This document shows positions 32,916 to 44,113 of a stretch of 64,000 nt of DNA, piece after piece (position 1 is the first letter of the stretch; each line of letters begins with the position of its first letter). The position numbers and the translations under genes were made by a program. The notes below the pieces were generated by a model. It did not search any database. It was not told the DNA's origin and saw nothing but the letters and a program-made list of their open reading frames with translations. This DNA comes from an uncultured Microthrixaceae bacterium. Its GTDB lineage: Bacteria; Actinomycetota; Acidimicrobiia; Acidimicrobiales; VFJN01. The stretch lies in assembly GCA_963717755.1 (NCBI GenBank), contig CAVQWY010000002.1, positions 826,013 to 890,012 on the forward strand, in the 5' to 3' direction.

Positions 32916-34152
32916 CGGCCACCCTCGAACCGCCGGCGCGGGTCGCCTCGCGGCGCGATGGGCGCGCGAGAACCTCGCCCGGACCCCCTTCGACGCCGCG
33001 CTCACGGTTGCCTTTGGCGTCGTGCTCGCGTGGGCGACGTACCGAGGCCTGCGGTTCCTGCTCGTCACCGCCGACTGGGAGATCGTGCGACGGAACCTGC
33101 GGATCTTCATGGTCGGACGGTTCCCGTCCGACCAGCTGTGGCGACCCTGGGCGGCCGGCTACGTGCTGGCGGCGGCCCTCGGGCTGTGCGTCGGGGTGGC
33201 GAGCGCGGTGGCGGCGACGGACCCCCGCCGCCCGGGCGCCAACCTCCCTGCGCGGACCATCGGCTCGTCGGTTCGATCCGGCCTGCGCCGGTTCTGGCCG
33301 CTCGTGCTGTTCGTGCTCGCCATGCTCACGCTGATCCGCACCCCGCTGCCGGGGCTCCTCCTCGTGGGCCTGGCGGCCACCGTCGTCGCCATGCGGGTCG
33401 CGGGGCGACGGCTGCCGGGGCTGGCCCGATGGCTGTGGCTGATCGTCGCGGTGGCGGTCGTCGTCGCCCTCCAAGTCGTGGTGGCGGCGGGGGGTGTCGG
33501 GTGGGACGACTGGGGCGGCCTGCACCTCACGCTGTTCGTGACCGTGGCCGGGATCCTGCTCGCCTTCCCGCTGGGCCTGCTCGCCGCGCTGGGACGCCGG
33601 TCGAACCTGCCGGCCGTTCGGGTCGTGTCGATCGGCTACATCGAGCTGTTCCGCGGGGTGCCGCTCGTCGCGTTCCTCTTCGTCGGGCGCTACCTCGTGC
33701 TGTACGCGTTCCCCAGCTTCGTCGACCCGCCGAGCATCCTCGTGCGAGCGCTGCTGGTGATCGTCCTGTTCGAGAGCGCGTACATCGCCGAGATCGTGCG
33801 GGGCGGCCTGCAGTCGATCCCCGCGGGGCAGGTGGAGGCCGCCCAGGCGCTCGGGCTCGGGCCGTTCCAGACGATGCGGCGCATCGTGCTCCCGCAGGCG
33901 CTGCGCAACGTGATCCCCGCCATCGTCGGGCAGTTCATCAGCCTCTACAAGGACACGTCCCTGCTCTTCATCGTCGGGTTGTTCGAGGTGCTGGAGGTGG
34001 CCCGCAGCGTGCCGAGCCAGTCGGACTTCGTGGGGCAGGGCCTGGCCTCGATCACCTTGGCGTTCGCCGGGTTCGTCTACTGGGTGGGGTCGTTCACGAT
34101 GTCGCGCGAGAGTCGCCGGCTGGAGTCGAGGTTGGGGGTGGGGACGAGATGA
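32912..34152 (+). CDS. aapM: Amino acid ABC transporter permease; frameshift near 32950
   Basis: WARENL N-terminus, [28 protein letters not shown]. Confidence 0.85.
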
Positions 34153-34940
34153 CGGACGCGACCGAGCCGACCGACCTGACCGAGGCGGCCACCGTCGCCG
34201 GTGGCACGGGAGAGGCGGTGATCACCTGCGAGGGGGTGGTGAAGCGGTTCGGCGACTTCACCGCGCTCAAGGGCGTCGACCTGGTCGTCGGCCGGCAGGA
34301 GGTCGTGGTGGTGATCGGCCCGTCCGGGTCCGGCAAGTCCACGCTCATCCGCTGCATCAACCGCCTCGAGCAGCACGACGGCGGCCGGATCGTGGTCGAC
34401 GGCACCGAGCTCACCAACGACGTCAGGGGCGTGCAGGCCATCCGCCGCGAGGTGGGGATGGTGTTCCAGAGCTTCAACCTCTTCCCGCACCTCACCGTGC
34501 TGGAGAACGTGATGCTGGCCCCGCGCCAGGTACGCCGCTGGGACAAGGCCAAGGCGGAGCGGATCGCGACGGAGCAGCTCGAGCGGGTGCACATCCCCGA
34601 GCAGTCCCAGAAGTACCCGGGGCAGCTGTCCGGCGGTCAGCAGCAGCGCGTCGCGATCGCTCGCGCCCTCGCGATGGAACCGCGTGTGATGCTCTTCGAC
34701 GAGCCCACGTCAGCCCTCGATCCAGAGATGATCGCCGAGGTGCTCGACACCATGAAGGAGCTCGCCCGGTCCGGCATGACGATGGTGGTCATCACCCACG
34801 AGATGGGCTTTGCCCGGGAGGTGGCCGACCGGGTCGTGTTCATGGCCGAAGGCGAGGTGGTGGAGGTGGGCACCCCCGAGCACTTCTTCACCGACCCGAC
34901 CGAGGCGCGCACCAAGCTGTTCTTGAGCCAGATCCTCTGA
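34149..34940 (+). CDS. aapP: Amino acid ABC transporter ATP-binding protein
   Basis: [35 protein letters not shown]. Confidence 0.92.
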   Translation: MTDATEPTDLTEAATVAGGTGEAVITCEGVVKRFGDFTALKGVDLVVGRQEVVVVIGPSGSGKSTLIRCINRLEQHDGGRIVVDGTELTNDVRGVQAIRREVGMVFQSFNLFPHLTVLENVMLAPRQVRRWDKAKAERIATEQLERVHIPEQSQKYPGQLSGGQQQRVAIARALAMEPRVMLFDEPTSALDPEMIAEVLDTMKELARSGMTMVVITHEMGFAREVADRVVFMAEGEVVEVGTPEHFFTDPTEARTKLFLSQIL

Positions 34941-34981
34941 CGCGCGGTCCGCAGGGCGAGGTGTTCGGGTAGGAAGCCCGC

Positions 34982-36340
34982 GTGCTGACGACGATCCTCT
35001 GGCTTCGGCGCGACTTGCGCCTCGAGGACAACCCGGCGCTCCTCGAGGCCGCCCGGGCTGCCGGGCCACACGGAGGGGTGGTGCCGCTGTTCTGCCTCGA
35101 CGCGCGGCTGTGGGGACCCGCCGGCGCGAACCGCCGGGCGTTCCTGGTCGGCTGCCTCCGGGCCCTCGACGAGGACTTGTCCGGCCATCTGGTCGTCCGT
35201 GCCGGCGACCCATCGCGGGTGATCCCGTCGCTGTGCGCGGAGGTCGGCGCCACCACTGTGTTCGCCAGCGCCGACTTCGGGCCGTATGGCAGCGAGCGAG
35301 ACGCCGCCGTGGAGCAAGCGCTGGCTGACGGTGGGCGGGCCCTGGTCCGGGTCGGCTCGTCGTACGCCGTCGACCCCGGCCAGGTGCGCACCGGATCTGG
35401 TGAGCCCTACAAGGTCTTCACACCGTTCTCGAAGGCGTGGGTCGCGCACGGGTGGCCCGATCCCGAGCCTGCGCCTGAGCGGGTGCCGTGGGCGACCGGC
35501 ATCCGGTCGGAGCCGATCCCGGATGCGCCCGCGTCGGACGCCATGCTCCCCGCGCCCGGTGAGCTCGCCGCGCACCAGGCGGCCGACCGGTTCTGGGCGA
35601 CGCACCTGGAGGAGTACGACGAGCAGCGTGACCGGCCGGGAGCCGATGCCACCTCGCGCCTGTCGCCGTACCTCAAGTGGGGCTGCGTCCACCCCCGGCA
35701 GCTCCTCCATCGGCTCGGCGACACGCCGGCGGAGCGCCGCTTCCGGACGGAGCTCGCCTGGCGGGAGTTCTACGCCGACGTGCTCCACCACCGCCCTGAG
35801 TCCGCGCGCGAAGCCCTCGACACGCGGATGGCACGGATGCCGGTCGATGGTCGCGGCACCGCTCGGCGCTTCGCCGCCTGGTGCGAGGGGCGCACCGGCT
35901 ACCCGATCGTCGACGCGGGCATGCGACAGCTCGTGGCCGAGGGGTGGATGCACAACCGCGTGCGGATGCTCACGGCCAGCTTCCTGGTGAAGGACCTGCA
36001 CCTCGACTGGAGGCGTGGCGCGCGCTTCTTCATGGCGCACCTCGTCGACGGTGACCTCGCGTCGAACCAGCACGGTTGGCAATGGGTGGCCGGCACAGGC
36101 ACAGACGCGGCGCCCTACTTCCGGATCTTCAACCCCGTGACGCAGGGCCAGAGGTTCGATGGGGATGGCAGCTACGTGCGGCGGTGGATCCCAGAGCTGG
36201 TCGACGTTGCGGACCGCTTCATCCACCGCCCGTGGGACGACCCGGCGGGTCAGCCCGCGGGCTACCCCCGGCCGATGGTCGACCATGCCGACGAGCGGAT
36301 CGAGTCCCTCCGCCGCTTCGACGAGATCCGCCGCCTCTGA
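34982..36340 (+). CDS. phr: Deoxyribodipyrimidine photolyase (cryptochrome/photolyase family)
   Basis: WLRRDLRLEDNPAL, TSRLSPYL, GRTGYPIVDAGMRQL, WMHNRVRM, PYFRIFNP. Confidence 0.93.
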   Translation: MLTTILWLRRDLRLEDNPALLEAARAAGPHGGVVPLFCLDARLWGPAGANRRAFLVGCLRALDEDLSGHLVVRAGDPSRVIPSLCAEVGATTVFASADFGPYGSERDAAVEQALADGGRALVRVGSSYAVDPGQVRTGSGEPYKVFTPFSKAWVAHGWPDPEPAPERVPWATGIRSEPIPDAPASDAMLPAPGELAAHQAADRFWATHLEEYDEQRDRPGADATSRLSPYLKWGCVHPRQLLHRLGDTPAERRFRTELAWREFYADVLHHRPESAREALDTRMARMPVDGRGTARRFAAWCEGRTGYPIVDAGMRQLVAEGWMHNRVRMLTASFLVKDLHLDWRRGARFFMAHLVDGDLASNQHGWQWVAGTGTDAAPYFRIFNPVTQGQRFDGDGSYVRRWIPELVDVADRFIHRPWDDPAGQPAGYPRPMVDHADERIESLRRFDEIRRL

Positions 36341-36346
36341 TCGGCC

Positions 36347-37309
36347 TCAGCCGAGACGGGCGAGCAGCTCCGCCTCGGTCATCGACGCGGGCGGCGCCTG
36401 CGTGCGGGCGAGGTCGTTGGCGACCCGTTGGAGCATCGCGTTCACGGGGGTGGGCACGTCGTGGAGCCGACCCAGCAGCACGATCTCGCCGTTGAGCAGG
36501 TCCGTCTCGATGCTGCCGGTGCCGCGCGCCAGGCTCTGCCATGACGAACCGCCGCCGCGGCGCTGGCCGTCGATGGGGCGCAGCGAGATGAGGTCGCCGC
36601 GCCGCTCGGTGTCCTCCTCCAGCGACGCGCAGTCGATGCCGGCGGCGGCGAGCACGGCCTCCGCCTCGGCACGGGCCCTGGCGTAGAGCTCGCTGCCTCG
36701 CCCGATCGGGCCGACCGCGGCCTCGAGGGAGTTGCCGAGGTTCATCAGCAGCTTCGACCACTTGAACCGCATCACCGTCGGGTTGGTGGTGGAGCTGAAG
36801 GTGGACGACGCGAACGCCGCCGAGATGGCCTCCGCTCGATCGTCGACACCGGTGGGGTAGCGCCCGACGTCGAGGATGCCCGTGATGGGCGCCGACGACG
36901 CCTCGACGACCCCGGGCTCGAGGTACGTGCCGGGGAGCATCACCGGCACCGCGTAGGTGTTGGGCGTGCGGCGCAGGACCTGGCGCTCGTTGTCCACGCC
37001 GTTCTGCAGGCAGGCGACGGCCAGGTCGGGCGGGCCGCCGGCGAGGGTGTCGAGGGCGGTGCGGGTGTCCTGGCCCTTCACGGCGAGGAGGACGACGTCG
37101 TCGATGTCGAGGTCGAGCTCGTCGGCATGCCCGACCACCGGCACCGGCACCCGGACCTCGTCGTCAGGGGAGCGGACGAGCAGCCCGTCGGCGGCGATGG
37201 CATCTCGATGCGCGCCGCGGGCGACCAGCACGACGTCGTGGCCGTGCTGGGCCAGGCGCCCTCCGACCACCCCGCCGATCGCCCCGGCGCCGAGCACGAC
37301 GAACCGCAT
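36347..37309 (-). CDS. Ketopantoate reductase (PanE/ApbA) family protein
   Basis: VLGAGAIGG, LAVK, LQNG, KWSKLLMN, SSWQSL...ETDLLNGEI. Confidence 0.85.
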   Translation of the reverse strand: MRFVVLGAGAIGGVVGGRLAQHGHDVVLVARGAHRDAIAADGLLVRSPDDEVRVPVPVVGHADELDLDIDDVVLLAVKGQDTRTALDTLAGGPPDLAVACLQNGVDNERQVLRRTPNTYAVPVMLPGTYLEPGVVEASSAPITGILDVGRYPTGVDDRAEAISAAFASSTFSSTTNPTVMRFKWSKLLMNLGNSLEAAVGPIGRGSELYARARAEAEAVLAAAGIDCASLEEDTERRGDLISLRPIDGQRRGGGSSWQSLARGTGSIETDLLNGEIVLLGRLHDVPTPVNAMLQRVANDLARTQAPPASMTEAELLARLG

Positions 37310-37347
37310 GGCCCCACCCTGCCAGGTCTCGGAACTGCTTGGCCGCG

Positions 37348-37374
37348 CTGGCACTCGGTAGCATCGAGTGCCAG
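37348..37374. promoter_or_regulatory. CIRCE element (HrcA operator)
   Basis: CTGGCACTC-N9-GAGTGCCAG, matching TTAGCACTC-N9-GAGTGCTAA, 8 nt before the hrcA start. Confidence 0.92.
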
Positions 37375-37382
37375 GACCCACC

Positions 37383-38384
37383 ATGCTCGATGAACGCAAG
37401 GCCGCCATCCTCCGGGCCGTCGTGGAGGAGTACATCGACACCGCCCAGCCGGTGGGGTCGGCGCACGTCGTGCGGTCCTCGGGCGTGCAGGTGTCCTCGG
37501 CGACCGTGCGCAACGACATGGCCACCCTCGAGCAGGAGGGCTACCTGCGCCAGCCCCACACCAGCGCCGGCCGGATCCCCACCGAGAAGGGCTACCGGTT
37601 CTTCGTCGACAACCTCGGCCCGCCGGCCAGCCTCCGGCGCAACGACGCGGTGCAGGTGCGGTCGTTCTTCGACCACGCGCACGGCGAGCTCGAGCAGATG
37701 CTCCAGGACACCTCCCGCCTGCTCGGCGACCTCACCACGTACGCCGGGGTCGTCGTCGGCCCCGCCGCCGCCGAGGCCTCCGTGCGGTCCGTGCAGCTCG
37801 TGGGGATCACGCCCACCACCGCGCTGGTGGTGATGGTGCTGTCCAACGGCGCCGTGGAGAAGCACACGATCGAGCTGGCCGATCCGGTGGGGGAGGAGCG
37901 GATCGGCGCCGCCACCGCCCACCTGGCCGCCCACCTCACCGGCTCGTTGCGCAGCGGGCTGGCCGCCCTCCCCGCCACCGGCGACGCGGCCACCGACGCG
38001 CTGTGCGCCCAAGCCGCCGCGTCGCTGCGCGGCGCGCCCGGCAGCGACCCCGACCAGGTCTTCGTGGGCGGCACCTCGCAGGTCGCCCGCGCCTTCGACG
38101 CCATCGAGACCGTGCGCGAGGTGCTCGGCGTCCTCGAGCAGCAGTACGTGGTGGTCACCTTGCTGCGCGACGTGATCGACCGCGGCCTGCAGGTCGCCAT
38201 CGGCACCGAGACGGGGATGGCCCCGCTGGCCGAGTGCGCGCTCATCGTCGCCCCCTACCAAGCCGACGGCGAGCCGGCCGGCACCATCGGCGTGCTCGGG
38301 CCGAGCCGCATGGACTACCCACAAGCCATGGCCGCCGTGGCCGTCGTGAGCCACCGCCTCTCGCAGCGCCTCACCGAAGGGTGA
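37383..38384 (+). CDS. hrcA: Heat-inducible transcription repressor HrcA
   Basis: [36 protein letters not shown]. Confidence 0.96.
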   Translation: MLDERKAAILRAVVEEYIDTAQPVGSAHVVRSSGVQVSSATVRNDMATLEQEGYLRQPHTSAGRIPTEKGYRFFVDNLGPPASLRRNDAVQVRSFFDHAHGELEQMLQDTSRLLGDLTTYAGVVVGPAAAEASVRSVQLVGITPTTALVVMVLSNGAVEKHTIELADPVGEERIGAATAHLAAHLTGSLRSGLAALPATGDAATDALCAQAAASLRGAPGSDPDQVFVGGTSQVARAFDAIETVREVLGVLEQQYVVVTLLRDVIDRGLQVAIGTETGMAPLAECALIVAPYQADGEPAGTIGVLGPSRMDYPQAMAAVAVVSHRLSQRLTEG

Positions 38385-39500
38385 CAGTGGCCACCGACTA
38401 CTACGCCCTCCTCGACGTGGCGCGCGACGCCTCGTCGGACGACATCAAGCGGGCCTACCGGCGCCTCGCCCGCCAGCTGCACCCCGACACGAACGCCGAC
38501 CCCGCCGCCGAGGCGCGCTTCAAGGAGGTCGCGGTGGCCTACGAGGTGCTGTCCGACCCGGACAAGCGCCAGCGCTACGACCGCTACGGGCCCGACGGCG
38601 TGAACGCCGGGGATCCGTTCGGCGGTGGCGGTGGGATCAACGACATCTTCGATGCCTTCTTCGGCGGGAACAGCCCCTTCGGGGGTGGCGGCCGCCGGGG
38701 ACCCACCGGCCCGCCTCGCGGTGTGGATCTCGAGGTGGTCGCCGACCTCGCCTTCGAGGACGCCATCTTCGGCACGCGCCATGCGGTCGACGTGCGCACC
38801 GCGGTGGCCTGCGACGCGTGCGAGGCGACGGGCGCCAAGCCCGGCACGCAACCGATCACCTGCCTCGAGTGCGCCGGTGCCGGCCAGGTGCAACGGGTGC
38901 GCCAGAGCTTCCTCGGGCAGATGGTCACCAACTCGGTCTGCCCACGATGCAACGGGCAGGGTCAGGTCATCAGCGACCCGTGCGCCACGTGCGGAGGCGA
39001 GGGCCGCTCGGTCGAGGAGCGCACCTACACGGTCGACATCCCCGCGGGCGTCGACACCGGCTCCACCCTGCGCCTCACCGGGCGCGGGGCCGCGGGGCCA
39101 CGCGGCGGTGCCAACGGCGACCTCTACGTCCACGTGCGCGTGCAGCCGCACGAGCGGTTCACCCGCGAAGGCATCGACATCCACTGCGACCTGCCCGTGT
39201 CGTTCGCGCAGGCGGCACTGGGCGCGCACATCGAGTTCGACACCCTCGACGGCGTGGAGGACCTCGTCGTCCCCCGTGGCACCCCCTCGGGCAAGGAGTT
39301 CCGGTTGAAGGGCCGTGGCGTCCCGCACCTCGAGCGCCGCCATCGCGGCGACCTCATCGTGCGCGCGCTGGTCGACGTCCCCACCGACCTCACCCCCGAG
39401 CAGGAGGACCTGCTGCGCTCGTTCGCGGACCAGCGCGGCGACGACGGTCGCGCCCGCCGACGCCGGCTTCCTGTCCCGCATCCGCTCCGCCTTCCGATAG
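38381..39500 (+). CDS. dnaJ: Chaperone DnaJ; frameshift near 39445
   Basis: J domain with HPD, G/F region, four CxxCxGxG-type repeats. Confidence 0.94.
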
Positions 39501-39505
39501 GCACC

Positions 39506-40219
39506 GTGGCCGCGGCATCCCGCGGAGCACCCCGGACCGTTCGTGCTGGTCGACGACCTCGACGCACCGCACCTGCGCGCGGACGACGCGCACCACCTCG
39601 AGCGCGTGCTGCGCCTCCGGGCCGGCGATCCTCTCGTGCTGGGCGACGGCGCCGGGCGGTGGCGACCGGCCCGGTTCGGTTCGGACGTCGAGCCCACCGG
39701 AGCCGTGGAGCGCTCCGCCTCGGTCGAACCCACCATCGGCGTGGCGTTCGCGCTCGTGAAGGGCGACAAGCCGGAGCTGGTGGTGCAGAAGCTCACCGAG
39801 CTCGGCGTCGACCGCATCGTGCCCGTTCCGCGCCGCTGCACTCCGTGGTGCGTTGGGACGACGCCAAGGCCGGGCGAGGCGGGCGAGCGACTGCGCGCCG
39901 TCGCGCGCGCCGCGACCATGCAGTGCCACCGCCCTTGGCTGCCAGCGGTGGAGGACGTCACCGAGTTCGGCACGCTGCTTGGCCGGCGGCGGGGTCGCGC
40001 TGGCCGATCGCACGGCGGGTCCCGCCGAGCCTCGACCACCGTCTGGTGCTCGTCGGCCCCGAGGGCGGTTGGGCGCCCGAGGAGCTCGAGGCCGCCGCCG
40101 ACGCGGGCGTACCGCGGGTAGCGGTGGGGGCGCACGTACTGCGCGCGGAGACGGCCGCGGTGGCCGCCGGAGTCCTGCTGACGGGGTTGCGGGCGGGCCT
40201 CGTGACGCCGTCGGGATAG
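39506..40219 (+). CDS. rsmE: 16S rRNA m3U1498 methyltransferase RsmE; several indels, start uncertain
   Basis: [32 protein letters not shown]. Confidence 0.88.
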   Translation: MAAASRGAPRTVRAGRRPRRTAPARGRRAPPRARAAPPGRRSSRAGRRRRAVATGPVRFGRRAHRSRGALRLGRTHHRRGVRAREGRQAGAGGAEAHRARRRPHRARSAPLHSVVRWDDAKAGRGGRATARRRARRDHAVPPPLAASGGGRHRVRHAAWPAAGSRWPIARRVPPSLDHRLVLVGPEGGWAPEELEAAADAGVPRVAVGAHVLRAETAAVAAGVLLTGLRAGLVTPSG

Positions 40220-40232
40220 TTGACGACACAAA

Positions 40233-40277
40233 GGTCACGCAGGGTGGTTGCCCGTGACCACGCATCGCGCGTACATT
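40233..40277 (+). promoter_or_regulatory. Putative bldD promoter (TTGCCC-N18-TACATT) overlapped by an inverted repeat
   Basis: -35 at 40248-40253, -10 at 40272-40277; GGTCACG-N13-CGTGACC at 40233-40259 spans the -35. Confidence 0.45.
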
Positions 40278-40344
40278 GTCCCGAGCGGACCCGGACGTGG
40301 GCGGCTTGCCCCAGATTGGGGCGTCCTGGGGAGGACAAGGGCAC

Positions 40345-40918
40345 ATGAGCGACATCGACGACGTCGACGCGGCAGGCGCCTACGCAGGCAAGGTCGGCAC
40401 GCGCCTGCGTGCCATCCGGCGCCAGAAGCGGCTGTCGCTGCAAGACGTCGAGTCGTCGTCCAGCCAGGAGTTCAAGGCCTCGGTGCTCGGTGCCTACGAG
40501 CGTGGCGAGCGCGCCATCTCCGTTCCCCGGCTGCAGCGCCTGGCTCGCTTCTACCGGGTGCCCGTCGACCAGCTCCTCCCCGGCGACGACGGCCCCGACT
40601 TCGGCCCCCGCCCCGGCGACGCCGACATCCTCATCGACCTCACCGCAGCCGCGGGCGACCCGCACCGAGGAGCGCTCGGTGAAGCTCGACCTCACCGCCA
40701 TGGAGCGCCTCGACGGCACCGACGCCGAGATGCTCACCCGCTACCTGCGGATGATCCAGGTGCAGCGCGGCGACTTCAACGGCCGCGTGCTCACCGTGCG
40801 CCGGGACGACCTCCGCGCCATCGCCTGCATCCTCGACGTCACGCCCGACCTCGCCGTCGATCGGCTCGAGGGCCTCGGCGTGATGTACGTCGGCGTCCCT
40901 GCCACATCGGCGAGCTGA
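40345..40918 (+). CDS. bldD: BldD-like XRE-family transcriptional regulator; frameshift near 40660
   Basis: N-domain VGTRLRAIRRQKRLSLQDVE...GAYERGERAISVPRL...FYRVPVDQLLP; C-domain IQVQRGDFNGRVLTVRRDDLR with RxD-X8-RxxD. Confidence 0.85.
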
Positions 40919-40947
40919 ACCCCGCCGGTTCCGGGCACGATGGAGGG

Positions 40948-42024
40948 GTGACCGAGCCCTTCGGCGTCTACCTCCACGTGCCGTTCTGCGCGGCCCGGTG
41001 CGACTACTGCTCGTTCGCGACGTGGACGGATCGGCACCACCTCACCGACGCGTACCTCGCGGCGTGCCGCACGGACGCCGATCGACTCGTGGCCGCTGGC
41101 CTGCCGGAGGCGACGTCGATCTTCGTGGGCGGGGGCACGCCGTCGATGGTGCCGCCGACCGACCTCGTCGCCGTGCTCGACCGCATCCCGCGCGCCGGCG
41201 ACGCCGAGGTGACCGTCGAGTGCAACCCGGACAACGTCACCCGCGAGCTCGTCGACACCTACCGGGCCGGCGGCGTCAACCGGCTGTCGTTCGGCGTGCA
41301 GTCGACCTCCGCCCACGTGCTCGCCGCCCTCGGCCGCACCCACGACCGCGCCAACGTCGAGCGGTCGCGTCGAGCTGGCCCGCGACGGCCGGCTTCGACT
41401 CGTTCAACCTCGACGTCATCTACGGCGGCGCCGGCGAGTCGCTCGAGGACTGGACGCCGCACCGTCGACGACGTCGTCGCCCTCGACCCGCCGCACGTGT
41501 CCGCCTACGCCCTCACCGTCGAGGCCGGCACGCCGCTCGCCCTCGACCCCGACCGCCATCCCGACGATGACGACCAGGCCGACAAGTACCTGGCCGCCAC
41601 CGAGCGGCTCGGGGCCGCCGGCTACGACTGGTACGAGATCTCCAACTGGGCCCGGCCCGGCCACGAGTGCCGGCACAACCTCCTCTACTGGACGATGGGG
41701 GAGTACCAAGGCGTCGGCTGCGCGTCCCACTCCCATCGTGACGGCCGGCGGTTCTGGAACCTGCGCACCCCCGACCGCTACATCGACGCCGTCACCTCCG
41801 GCGACTCGGTCGAAGCGGCCGACGAGCGCCTCGACCCCGACGCCCGTGCCCTCGAAGCGCTTCAGCTGTCCCTCCGCACCCGGGCCGGCGTTCCCGCCAC
41901 CTCGCTGGACAGCGACGCCCTCCCTGGTCTGGTCGAGCCGCACCCGCACGACCCCGACCGCGTCGTGCTCACCGTCGCCGGCCGCCTCCTGGCCAACGAG
42001 GTCGCCCTCCGGCTCCACGGCTGA
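40948..42024 (+). CDS. hemW: Radical SAM heme chaperone HemW (HemN-like); two compensating indels 41365-41460
   Basis: YLHVPFCAARCDYC, GGGTPS, YEISNW, HNLLYW. Confidence 0.88.
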   Translation: MTEPFGVYLHVPFCAARCDYCSFATWTDRHHLTDAYLAACRTDADRLVAAGLPEATSIFVGGGTPSMVPPTDLVAVLDRIPRAGDAEVTVECNPDNVTRELVDTYRAGGVNRLSFGVQSTSAHVLAALGRTHDRANVERSRRAGPRRPASTRSTSTSSTAAPASRSRTGRRTVDDVVALDPPHVSAYALTVEAGTPLALDPDRHPDDDDQADKYLAATERLGAAGYDWYEISNWARPGHECRHNLLYWTMGEYQGVGCASHSHRDGRRFWNLRTPDRYIDAVTSGDSVEAADERLDPDARALEALQLSLRTRAGVPATSLDSDALPGLVEPHPHDPDRVVLTVAGRLLANEVALRLHG

Positions 42025-42088
42025 CCATTGCCCTTCGGGCGTCCACCGGCGCGCAGACTCTGGCCCGAGAGCAACCGAGGAGGCACTC

Positions 42089-42682
42089 ATGTTCGTGCAG
42101 ATCATCGAAGGACAGACCAGCAAGCCGGAGGCATTGAAGGCCGCGGGCGACGCGTGGCAGGACGAGGTGCGGCCCGGAGCCATCGGCTACCTCGGGGTCA
42201 CCGCCGGCACCGCGGCAGACGGCAAGGCCTTCACCCTCGTCCGCTTCGAGGACGAGGCGTCGGCCCGTGCCAACAGCGAGCGCCCCGAGCAGAGCGCCTG
42301 GTTCCAGAAGCACCTGGCCACCGCCTACGACTCTGAGCCCACCTTCACGGAGTCGAGCGACACCACCGAGTTCATGGGCGGCGGCTCCAACGACGCCGGC
42401 TTCGTGCAGGTGATGAAGTCCACCGGGGTCGACCGAGCCGAGCTCGAGCGGCTGGACGCCATCTTCGAGACGCACGTCGGCGAGCGGCCCGACATCCTCG
42501 GCGGCATCCGGGTGTGGACCGGCGCCGACAGCTGCACCGACGTGATGTACTTCTCCAGCGAGGCCGAGGCCCGCGCGGGCGAGCAGGCCGAGGTGCCGGA
42601 CGACCTCAAGGCCGCCATGGCCGACTTCGAGATGGCCGGCGTGACGGAGTACATCGACCTCACGGATCCGCAGCTCCACTAG
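42089..42682 (+). CDS. Conserved actinobacterial hypothetical protein with two internal repeats (dimeric alpha+beta barrel-like)
   Basis: RBS GAGGAGG; two halves starting FVQII and FVQVM, each with RP and FxxExxAR. Confidence 0.7.
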   Translation: MFVQIIEGQTSKPEALKAAGDAWQDEVRPGAIGYLGVTAGTAADGKAFTLVRFEDEASARANSERPEQSAWFQKHLATAYDSEPTFTESSDTTEFMGGGSNDAGFVQVMKSTGVDRAELERLDAIFETHVGERPDILGGIRVWTGADSCTDVMYFSSEAEARAGEQAEVPDDLKAAMADFEMAGVTEYIDLTDPQLH

Positions 42683-42795
42683 CCCTCCGGCTCCCCGCGG
42701 GCCCCTGAAAACGACCGGTTGCGGCCCATTCGCCCCAGTGGTTCGATGGGCGAGCACGGCGCGTTTGGGGGGCAGTGCCGCCGGAGGGAGTCGCG

Positions 42796-44113
42796 GTGGA
42801 GAGGGACCTGGGTCCTCTCGAGGAGATCGAGCGCTCGGTGCAGGAGCGCGCCAAGGACATCTCGCTGGAGATGTCCGGCGCCGGCAAGGACAAGCTCCGG
42901 GCCCTCATCGCGGACGAGGTGGCGCGGTGGACGCTCGATCACCGGCGCGGCCTGCACCCGTACGACCTGAGCGACCCCGCGCTCGTCGCCGAGCGGGCCT
43001 ATCGCAACCTGGCCGGCTACGGCCCGCTCCAACCCCTCCTCGAGGACGACGACGTCTGGGAGGTGATGGTCAACGGCCCCGACGCCATCTTCGTGAAGAG
43101 GCACCGAGGCACCTCCGGCTACCACGACGAGGTCTTCCACGACGACGACCACGTCCTGCGGACCCTCACCAAGATCCTCGACGACGCCGTCGGGATCGCA
43201 CCGCAAGCTCGACGCGTCCGAGGGGCTCCAGGACGCGCAGCTCGACAACGGGGCTCGCCTCCACATCGTCCACGGCGACATCAGCCGTGGCGGCCACGTG
43301 ATGGTGAACATCCGGAAGTTCACCGGCGTGGCGTTCCGCCACCTCGACCAGCTGGTGGAGCGCGACATGCTCCCTGCCACCGCGGCGGCGTTCCTGGCGG
43401 GCTGCGTGCAGGCCCGCCAGACGATCGTGGTGGCAGGTGCACCCGGCTCGGGCAAGACCACCTTGCTGTCGTGCTGCGCCGCCGAGCTGGACCCTTCGCT
43501 GCGCGTGGTCGTGGCCGAGGAGGTGTTCGAGGCGGACGTGCCGCTGCCCAACGTCGCCAGCATGCAGACCCGCGCCGCCCGCCCCGACCGTCCGGCCGTC
43601 GACCTCCGCAAGCTCGTCGCGGGCTTCCTCCGGATGGCGCCCGACGTCGCCATCGTCGGTGAGGTGCGAGATCGCGAGGCGTTGCCCCTCCTGCTCACCC
43701 TCTCGTCCGGCGTCAAGGGGTTCACCACCATCCACGCCGGCTCCGCCCGCCAGGCGCTCACTCGGTTGCGGTTCATCTGCCAGCTGTCCGACTCGTCGAG
43801 CGAGCTGCCGCTGGGGGCGCTCAACACCCTCGTGAGCGAGAGCATCGACGTGGTGGTCCACTGCTCGCGGGGCCCCCACGGACCCAGGGTCACGGAGATC
43901 GTCGCCGTGGAGGATCTCGCGTCCGGACCCGATGCCGCGCAGTTCACGGTCACGCAGCTGTTCGCACGTCCTGGCGGAGACGACCAGCTCCGCTGGACCG
44001 GGAACCTGCCGGTGCGGCTCGGCCGCGCCCTCCACGAGCATGGGCGCTCCGTCCACGACCTGCTCGGCCACGAGCTGCCCGCCGATGGAGTCGTCGGATC
44101 GGTGCTGCGATGA
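42796..44113 (+). CDS. tadA: CpaF/TadA pilus assembly ATPase; frameshift near 43195
   Basis: GYGPLQPLLEDDDVWEVMVNGP, NIRKF, GAPGSGKTT, RMAPD...VGEVR, TTIHA. Confidence 0.9.

Noticed and set aside
38003-40219. Apparent DnaJ-RsmE fusion (738 aa ORF)
   Set aside because: Indel near 39445; dnaJ ends at 39500 in the adjacent frame
40276-42024. Apparent XRE-radical SAM fusion (582 aa ORF)
   Set aside because: Chimera of the bldD N-terminus and hemW caused by the indel near 40660
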